Part shown: positions 57,535 through 64,000 of the stretch, piece by piece
Layout of the letters: the number at the start of each line of letters is the position of its first letter
Numbering within the stretch: the first letter of the stretch is position 1
DNA from: a virus
IMG/VR virus record: IMGVR_UViG_3300021364_001752
Span: 1-64,000 of that record
Strand: one strand, 5' to 3'
DNA: 64,000 nt
Position numbers and translations under genes: made by a program
The notes under the pieces: generated by a model
What the model was told of the DNA's origin: nothing
Databases searched by the model: none
Seen by the model: the letters and a program-made list of their open reading frames with translations, nothing else

Positions 57535-58001
57535 AAATACATATTCCAAGTTACGACGAAAGAGATGATATAGGCACAGAAATTATAATCCATTCTTGGG
57601 ATACCTGGAATATGGATCATACCTTAGCTTTGATTATTCTGCCTATGCTGAAGCAACTGAAAAAAACAAAGCATGGGTCGCCAAATGTGAAGGACGAAGA
57701 TGTGCCTAAAGAATTACAGTCAACCAATGCTGCGCCTAAAGAGAACACTTGGGATATTGACGAGTTATGGCACCAAAGGTGGGACTATGTTCTTGATGAA
57801 ATGATTTGGACTTTTGAACAAATGCACATAGAACAAGGTTGGGAAGACCAATATTATGGACCATATATCAAGGGGCCAGAAGGCGGCGTCAAAGATGGAC
57901 ATTTTGAATGGATAGATGACAAAGGTTTGAAAGCACACCAAAAACGTATGGATAATGGATTTCTGTTGTTTGGAAAATATTATCAAAACCTTTGGGATTA
58001 A
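57531..58001 (+). CDS. Conserved T4-like phage hypothetical protein
   Basis: DTWNMDHTLA.II.PML..LFGKYYQNLWD. Confidence 0.7.
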   Translation: MKIHIPSYDERDDIGTEIIIHSWDTWNMDHTLALIILPMLKQLKKTKHGSPNVKDEDVPKELQSTNAAPKENTWDIDELWHQRWDYVLDEMIWTFEQMHIEQGWEDQYYGPYIKGPEGGVKDGHFEWIDDKGLKAHQKRMDNGFLLFGKYYQNLWD

Positions 58002-58056
58002 CTTATTGACATTAATAGTATTTTATATTATAATGAACAAATAGTTTGGAGATAAA

Positions 58057-58335
58057 ATGACTGAATTACTAACTAGAACTGAAGCAGTTGGAAGGCTTAT
58101 AGAGCTTGCCAGAGAAATGGAAATAAAAACCTTTGATGTAGTTCCAAGCGAAATCAATATTGATCATGCATATGAAATGTGTGCAAATAACGTGCTTACA
58201 CAACTATATGCAGTTCCTGAAGACCATAAAGAAACTGTTTCGCTGGCAACTATTACTAAACTGCTGGTAGAAAACATGATGTTACATATTAAATTAAACG
58301 AGGTAAAAAATGTATCTAATTCCAACAGTGATTGA
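58057..58335 (+). CDS. Hypothetical protein
   Basis: TTGACA-17-TATAAT at 58006; GGAG SD. Confidence 0.65.
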   Translation: MTELLTRTEAVGRLIELAREMEIKTFDVVPSEINIDHAYEMCANNVLTQLYAVPEDHKETVSLATITKLLVENMMLHIKLNEVKNVSNSNSD

Positions 58336-58927
58336 AAAAACAAGTAAAGGCGAACGTGCTTACGATATCTACAGTCGCTTGCTTAAAGATCGTATTGTAA
58401 TGCTGAATGGTCCTGTAGAGGACGGAATGGCAAACAGTATTGTATCGCAATTGCTTTTCTTAGAAGCAGAAAATCCTGACAAAGAAATTAATTTGTATAT
58501 TAACTCTCCAGGTGGCGCTGTAACTGCTGGACTTAGTATCTATGACACCATGCAATTTATCAAGTGTGATGTTAGAACAATTGTTTTAGGTCAAGCAGCA
58601 AGCATGGGTAGCTTCTTAGCACAAGCAGGCACAAAAGGTAAACGAGTAGTGCTACCAGAAAGCCGCACAATGATTCATAGAGTATCAAGTGGAACACGAG
58701 GCACCAGTGGTAGTGTCCATGTTCAAGAACTTGAGTTTGAAGATGCTCGTAGACACTTTGAAGAAAGTAAACGCCTTAATCAACGTTTGACTGAACTTTA
58801 TGTAAAACACAATTCAGTAGGCAAATCTTATGAAGAACTTTTTGAAACTATGAAGTTTGACACATTCTTGAGTGCTGAGGAGGCAGTGGAAAATGGATTC
58901 GCAGACAGAGTCATCGAAAGTCGCTGA
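58310..58927 (+). CDS. clpP: ATP-dependent Clp protease proteolytic subunit
   Basis: [28 protein letters not shown] (Ser), MIH (His), D.FLSA (Asp). Confidence 0.95.
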   Translation: MYLIPTVIEKTSKGERAYDIYSRLLKDRIVMLNGPVEDGMANSIVSQLLFLEAENPDKEINLYINSPGGAVTAGLSIYDTMQFIKCDVRTIVLGQAASMGSFLAQAGTKGKRVVLPESRTMIHRVSSGTRGTSGSVHVQELEFEDARRHFEESKRLNQRLTELYVKHNSVGKSYEELFETMKFDTFLSAEEAVENGFADRVIESR

Positions 58928-59252
58928 AACAGTAGCAGCTCTTAAAGGCATACCCACAAGAGAAGAGCTGCTAAAGTTACTCAGTGAAGAAATTTGTTAT
59001 GTAACATTTAAAAAACTAAGTGGCGATGAACGTAAGATGCGCTGCACTTTGATTCCGAGTATGTTGCCGCCGGCTCAGCGTGATGACAAATTAAGTCAAA
59101 CAAAAATACGCAACCTGGAAGACAAAGTTTTTGTTGTATGGGCAATTGACATTGATCCTAGTGCATGGCGCAGTTTCAGATATGATAGAGTTACTGATGT
59201 AGAGGTTGATAAGTATTATGGTAATGGACATGAAGATGGAGCAAACTATTGA
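58893..59252 (+). CDS. WYL-like/SH3 phage protein
   Basis: [23 protein letters not shown]. Confidence 0.75.
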   Translation: MDSQTESSKVAETVAALKGIPTREELLKLLSEEICYVTFKKLSGDERKMRCTLIPSMLPPAQRDDKLSQTKIRNLEDKVFVVWAIDIDPSAWRSFRYDRVTDVEVDKYYGNGHEDGANY

Positions 59253-59788
59253 TACTTGAAACAAAACTTAACTATGATTTATCTGTATTTCTATCAGCTG
59301 ATTACGAGCAACACAAAGGTAGCTGTATCAGCTATCAGGTTCGTGAGCAGGAAGACATTCATAAAACATTTGGAGGTTTTCCGCCTAGTTACAGTGAAGA
59401 AAATACAAAGATACAGCAGTTATGGTTTGATGACGGTGATATAGATTATGCTGCTCTAGGCAAAGAGCTTGACATTGAAATTGTAACAGTGAGCAGCATA
59501 TTACAGCCCCCTGGTAATACTATAACCATGCACAGGGATACATTTTTTAAGATTAACAATATGTATCCAGATGACCAACGTAAAAAAGTTCGTGCAAACA
59601 TTTATTTGGAAGATTGGGCACCAGGTCATTTTATAAACTATCAAGATTCTAACAAACAATGGCAAACCAGCACACACTGGCATGCAGGTGATGGATTTAT
59701 TTGGGATAGTGACCATTTGCATTTGAGTGCAAATGCAGGACTCACTCCAAAATATACATTACAAATTTCAGGTTTTTGGCAAAAATAG
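59249..59788 (+). CDS. 2OG-Fe(II)/cupin oxygenase-like protein
   Basis: QPPG..HRD..W.AGD..H..ANAG..KYTLQISG. Confidence 0.7.
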   Translation: MILETKLNYDLSVFLSADYEQHKGSCISYQVREQEDIHKTFGGFPPSYSEENTKIQQLWFDDGDIDYAALGKELDIEIVTVSSILQPPGNTITMHRDTFFKINNMYPDDQRKKVRANIYLEDWAPGHFINYQDSNKQWQTSTHWHAGDGFIWDSDHLHLSANAGLTPKYTLQISGFWQK

Positions 59789-59850
59789 GTTGACCTTGCT
59801 GCATAAGTCGTATATGTTATTTGCATAGGCAATAACAAAAGGCTAAAGGA

Positions 59851-60438
59851 ATGGCAACTGTATTAACCGAGAACTGTCAAAAAGGTGATAACCTTATTTT
59901 TGACCAAATTATCAATTATGCTTACCAAGGCATTACAAAAGACACTTATAATGTTTTGAGACGTATGGTAGACGACGGTGTTTTGCAAATAGAAACACTG
60001 GTAGAACAAGCAATCAGCAAGGCAGGCCAATTAGAACGTGAAAGTATTGAAGGCCGTGACTTTGTAGACGGCTCAGATGCCAAAAAGGCTATCACAACCG
60101 AATGTGTAGAACCTAGTAAAAACACTTATAGACGTGTTGCACATATCAGTAATATCAAAGGCAAACAAGGTATTTTGCGTATTGTTGTCAGCGAAACTGT
60201 AAACAATAAGCTTCATTATTTTGCTATTCCAAAATATGCATACGAAGGACTACAAAGTATCCGTATCTATTTTAATTGGGATGGAACCCCTAAGCTAGGT
60301 GGTAAATGGTTTGTTTACCGCTGCAAATCTTTTGAACAGATGGCAAATATAAAAGATGAAGATATCAATCAATTAATGGTTGACAATAACCCTATGTTGC
60401 GCTATATTATAAATACAGGCACAAACTTGGAAGGCTAA
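59851..60438 (+). CDS. Hypothetical protein, possible restriction-endonuclease-like fold
   Basis: E..RDFVDGSDAK. Confidence 0.4.
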   Translation: MATVLTENCQKGDNLIFDQIINYAYQGITKDTYNVLRRMVDDGVLQIETLVEQAISKAGQLERESIEGRDFVDGSDAKKAITTECVEPSKNTYRRVAHISNIKGKQGILRIVVSETVNNKLHYFAIPKYAYEGLQSIRIYFNWDGTPKLGGKWFVYRCKSFEQMANIKDEDINQLMVDNNPMLRYIINTGTNLEG

Positions 60439-60442
60439 AACT

Positions 60443-60952
60443 ATGAAAAACATTATTGCAGGTGCAATCATCTCATCATCTGTCTTTGCAACCACTGCAA
60501 TGGCAGAAACCGTTACGGCTACTGTAACATACGTAGAACCTCGTTATGAAACTATCTATCAAAATGTTCCATCAACGCACTGTCAAAATGTGCAAGTTCC
60601 GATTTATGGAACTGTGCAAGGCGGCGGAGCAACCGGTGGCGATGTATTAGGTGGAATGATTATCGGCGGTTTGCTTGGTAAAGGTGTAACTGGCAAAGAC
60701 AACGGTGCAGCAGCTGGTGCTGTTATTGGCGGTATCATTGCTGCTGATCAAGGTAACCGTAGTCAGCAAGTTATTACAGGCTACAGAAATGAACGTCAGT
60801 GCAGCGAAGTTATTAATCGTGAACAAGTGCGTCAGCTAAAAAACTATTACATTGAGTTTGATTGGAACGGTGTTGAAGGAAGTGCATACACTTACAATAA
60901 TTACCGTATCGGCGATCAACTTTATGCAACAGTTTCTATTGTGGCACAATGA
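60443..60952 (+). CDS. Glycine-zipper 2TM (YcfJ-like) exported protein
   Basis: Signal peptide, GGMIIGGLLG..AGAVIGG, Cys pair. Confidence 0.8.
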   Translation: MKNIIAGAIISSSVFATTAMAETVTATVTYVEPRYETIYQNVPSTHCQNVQVPIYGTVQGGGATGGDVLGGMIIGGLLGKGVTGKDNGAAAGAVIGGIIAADQGNRSQQVITGYRNERQCSEVINREQVRQLKNYYIEFDWNGVEGSAYTYNNYRIGDQLYATVSIVAQ

Positions 60953-61095
60953 ACGATAACCGTGAAATTCTAGCCTTCCTACAAGAAATTTTAGCAAGGC
61001 TAGAAAAGATTGAACAGCAGTTGAAATCCCCTAAAGCTGCCAATGTAAATCGTTTGGCTCCAAAATTACGATTGATTACAGACGAAGACGAATAA
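60949..61095 (+). CDS. 48-aa coiled-coil peptide (not in ORF track)
   Basis: ATGA coupling; LQEILARLEKIEQQL. Confidence 0.5.
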   Translation: MNDNREILAFLQEILARLEKIEQQLKSPKAANVNRLAPKLRLITDEDE

Positions 61096-61102
61096 CTATA
61101 AT

Positions 61103-61363
61103 ATGGACATCAAAGATATTATACCTGGCAACAGTTATGGTTGCAAATTTAGAATAACAACAATGCTCAATGAGCTAGGTCATCCTGTAGCAGAAGATGA
61201 GAAACTTGCTATCAAAGGACCAGGACGTTATGAAGCGTTTGGTATTTTAGTAAGACGTGATTCAACAAATCAACTTGTAGAAGTCTATGACGATGATATA
61301 AAACGTAATTTTGTTGTGCATTGGGATGACATTTGGGACGTAGATGATATAGAATGGATATAG
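61103..61363 (+). CDS. Hypothetical SH3-like protein
   Basis: ORF after ATAACTA promoter variant. Confidence 0.6.
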   Translation: MDIKDIIPGNSYGCKFRITTMLNELGHPVAEDEKLAIKGPGRYEAFGILVRRDSTNQLVEVYDDDIKRNFVVHWDDIWDVDDIEWI

Positions 61364-62031
61364 AAAAATTACTGTATCTACCAATTGAAATTGAAAAACC
61401 GCCTACAGATTTTCTGGATCATCTGAATAATTTAAAATTAGAAAAGTTATACGACGATGAATACAGGCAATGTTATCATGTGCCTATCATGTATGACTTT
61501 AAGCCTGGCAACTTTACTTGGACACCTTATGCCTTGCCTTATCCTTCATTGAGAGAATGGGCAGAAGATGTTTTACTACCTGCATTTGGAAAAAGTCGTA
61601 TTATGATTATAACAACTCCGGCAGGTATAACAAATCCTCCACACATTGATTGTGATAGGAAAAAATTTCACACTACATTACAACACAAGTTTAGATATGT
61701 GTTGCAAGGCAATATAGATGATTTGTATTTTATGTCCGACAAAGGCGATGTTAGAGCACCTCACGGTCCAGACAAGCCATTTATTATGAGTGGCAAATGG
61801 CCTCACTATATGACCAATACCAGCAGCGATACAAAATTCACATTGGCGCTTGGAGCACCTTGGGATGGTAGTATAGACGATAAAGCATATGTTGATTTGC
61901 TAACAAACAGTCATAAGGTGAATAAAAAATATTACCTAGAAGCAGATTTTGATTTACCAAATGACTATGATAACCTGTTTGAAGAATCTTATGATTTTAG
62001 AGAACGTGCAAAAAAGTTTATCAAACACTGA
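61354..62031 (+). CDS. Cupin/2OG-Fe(II) oxygenase-like protein
   Basis: PPHIDC (HxD), WPH.M.N...KFTL. Confidence 0.6.
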   Translation: MDIEKLLYLPIEIEKPPTDFLDHLNNLKLEKLYDDEYRQCYHVPIMYDFKPGNFTWTPYALPYPSLREWAEDVLLPAFGKSRIMIITTPAGITNPPHIDCDRKKFHTTLQHKFRYVLQGNIDDLYFMSDKGDVRAPHGPDKPFIMSGKWPHYMTNTSSDTKFTLALGAPWDGSIDDKAYVDLLTNSHKVNKKYYLEADFDLPNDYDNLFEESYDFRERAKKFIKH

Positions 62032-62842
62032 GAAGGTTAGATAAGCACATACGATTGATAATCGTTCTTTCAAATTTATCCCATTTAGCGTCATTACTGG
62101 TTCCAAATATCACAGTATTGGTAGTATCAATGTTGTGTTCATTGCAAATTTCTACACTGCGTGATTTGTATTTGTCAACGATGTAATTAGAACTAAATTC
62201 TCTCATTAGATATTGATGTATCAAAGAACCTAATTGATTATTGTATGCCCAAAGATTTTGATGTAACAAAGGTGTGTTGTATTTTTCTCTAGTATATAAA
62301 AAGCCAGTCCTATAGGAGCCTGTATTAAATGCTTTGCTAAAACTAAAAGCGCAGTGAGTTACACATTTAGGAATACTCAATTCTAAATCGTATGCAACAC
62401 CAAATAGGCACAAGTCAAGAAACACACTTATGTTCAAGGACTCGCATACATTGATTATGTTTTGCCAGTCTGGATGCACTGTGCCTGTTGCGCTGAATGG
62501 AAAGCTGATAATCAATGCACTGTTTGGCTCTATCTCTCCAATGCGACTTATTTGTTTTATGCCTATGTCTCTATGATAATTGTATTCTCCTTCGAGAACA
62601 AATATATTTTTATGCAAGAAATAAAAATCGTTAAAAGCATCTGTGACGCCGTGCGTAACATTACAATATTCAAAATCCAAGTCTATTTTAAAATTTTTAG
62701 ATTTTGCTATCCATTGCCTGTGTTGTTTTACAATGGTATCTGGTAACACAAGTTTGTTATAGTTTCTAGCAAAATCAAAATTTAGTATTGCATCATCTAC
62801 ATCATTGTCTTTGATAGCAAATGCTTTACGAACTAGAGCCAT
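62021..62842 (-). CDS. PLP-dependent aminotransferase-fold protein
   Basis: HGVTDAF, IISFPFS.TG, VFLD, FSFSK, RTG. Confidence 0.65.
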   Translation of the reverse strand: MALVRKAFAIKDNDVDDAILNFDFARNYNKLVLPDTIVKQHRQWIAKSKNFKIDLDFEYCNVTHGVTDAFNDFYFLHKNIFVLEGEYNYHRDIGIKQISRIGEIEPNSALIISFPFSATGTVHPDWQNIINVCESLNISVFLDLCLFGVAYDLELSIPKCVTHCAFSFSKAFNTGSYRTGFLYTREKYNTPLLHQNLWAYNNQLGSLIHQYLMREFSSNYIVDKYKSRSVEICNEHNIDTTNTVIFGTSNDAKWDKFERTIINRMCLSNLLSV

Positions 62843-63551
62843 TGTTCTTTACCACGTTTTGTGAAAACACATTGTAAAATCCTGTAAGTGTCACTCTCAT
62901 ATTTTGTCCTGCGTCTGGATCTACTCTAGTGATACCATGCACAGTGCCGCCATTTATAAGCACAAGTCTATTTGGTTTAGGACTTACAAATGTTCCTAAC
63001 CCATGTTGTATTAAATTTTTATTCTTTTCTTTTTGTTCAAATAATTCTAAACTGACTAAATCTTTATAAGAATCATATTGCACAGTCCCAGGTAGCAATG
63101 GCATTTTTTGTTTAAAATTGACACTGCCTTTTGGTAATACCAATAGTGTGCTATCCCAGTTGATTTCCCATTCCTTATGAAGATAGTAGGTATATGTTGT
63201 AGCACCTAAATCCATATGCCACGGGTTCTTAGAACCTACAGGATAGGCATGGCACCGCATGGCTATGTCTGTGTATTTTTTTACATATGGCTGTGCTGCT
63301 TCACACTTGCTGCTAAATTCGTGTATCGCTTGAAACCAAAGATCAAAATTATCATTGTATGGTGCCTGTTTAAGAAAACGTTTGATACCTTTGTAATTAG
63401 GACCATCTGTGATGTGCCAATATCTATCATCTGTTTCGGTTTGTGTCCATGCATCTACCTGAGCTTGGTTGAGTATTTTATCCCATGTGGTTTCGTCAAG
63501 AAAGTCATCAACAACCAACAGCTCTGGTGTTTGCATTACAATATTATACAT
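62826..63551 (-). CDS. 2OG-Fe(II) oxygenase (prolyl-hydroxylase-like)
   Basis: VVDDFL, WHMD, YLH..W, PKPNRLV..H.I..R.TL.GF. Confidence 0.8.
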   Translation of the reverse strand: MYNIVMQTPELLVVDDFLDETTWDKILNQAQVDAWTQTETDDRYWHITDGPNYKGIKRFLKQAPYNDNFDLWFQAIHEFSSKCEAAQPYVKKYTDIAMRCHAYPVGSKNPWHMDLGATTYTYYLHKEWEINWDSTLLVLPKGSVNFKQKMPLLPGTVQYDSYKDLVSLELFEQKEKNKNLIQHGLGTFVSPKPNRLVLINGGTVHGITRVDPDAGQNMRVTLTGFYNVFSQNVVKNNGSSS

Positions 63552-64000
63552 AACTCTCGCAAGTTCCTTCTCTTGTCAAATCAAGTGTTACACAGTGCAA
63601 GCCTCCGTCCCAGAAAAATTTATGTCTAAAATCAAAAGGCACCATTTCTACACCATAGCGTTTTAATTGTGCAGCAATGTCTTTGTCGTATCCATTGGTG
63701 ACAACAAGTTCTGGTGAAACACTGACTATATTTACATCAAATATTGTTTCGTCTACATGCCCTATCCAACTGTCTAACCAACGTGCTACATTTTTTGCTT
63801 TGATAGGTTGTATTTTACTTTGCCAAAATTGCTCTGGCACAGGTTGCTTGGGCACCTGTATGTAATCCCATGACTTTAATTCTTCTGGAATCATGTCAGG
63901 TGTCCAACACATCAACAAGCCCGGTTTGATTAGTGCTAACTTTCCATCTGCATGTCCGCTTTCGTGCAAACCAATCCATTTAGCATCTATGGTGTCTTGC
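63544..64000 (-). CDS. Amidinotransferase (glycine/inosamine amidinotransferase-like), 5' end outside window
   Basis: GHADG, FDVN, GGLHCVTLD catalytic His/Cys; frame open to the window edge. Confidence 0.8.
   Translation of the reverse strand, partial: QDTIDAKWIGLHESGHADGKLALIKPGLLMCWTPDMIPEELKSWDYIQVPKQPVPEQFWQSKIQPIKAKNVARWLDSWIGHVDETIFDVNIVSVSPELVVTNGYDKDIAAQLKRYGVEMVPFDFRHKFFWDGGLHCVTLDLTREGTCESYV

Noticed and set aside
1-64000. Bacterial chromosome or integrated prophage
   Set aside because: Host-like genes are isolated from their operons and interleaved with tail/head genes under T4-type late promoters; no integrase, att site or IS seen

Overview
A gene-dense, AT-rich, mostly plus-strand 64-kb segment of a large T4-like (myovirus/jumbo-type) bacteriophage genome. 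Phage evidence: NrdAB/glutaredoxin, PAAR and tail-fibre genes, head-protein-like genes, many T4-late-type (T)ATAAATA/CTAAATA promoters and a second class of sigma70-type TTGACA-N16-18-TATAAT promoters. The host is inferred to be a marine alphaproteobacterium, probably Rhodobacteraceae: two-piece permuted tmRNA with tag ANDNFAPSEFALAA, ROSE thermometer, pseudoazurin, Rhodobacter-type porin, BMP-family binding protein and hemO/pcyX. It carries many host-manipulation genes (rpsU, infA, tilS-like, clpP, clpS, Hsp20, guaC, NifU, peroxiredoxin). Highlights: (1) a 41.7-50.2 kb locus joining curli/type VIII secretion genes (csgF, csgG, two curlin-like proteins) to a FecR-domain protein that ends in the same ANxIYIxQ motif that starts the curlins, an autotransporter-like barrel and a CHASE2 adenylate cyclase, suggesting a phage-encoded fibre-to-cAMP trans-envelope signalling system; (2) a recurrent UGAGGGC motif, often in hairpin loops, concentrated in that locus; (3) a permuted tmRNA whose intervening segment is a 14-bp stem enclosing an unannotated 42-aa membrane-peptide ORF; (4) a probable -1 frameshift at A AAA AAG-stop in a scaffold-like head gene; (5) leaderless late mRNAs and a shared capsid-targeting-like N-terminal motif. 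All family calls come from motif recognition by eye; no searches were run.
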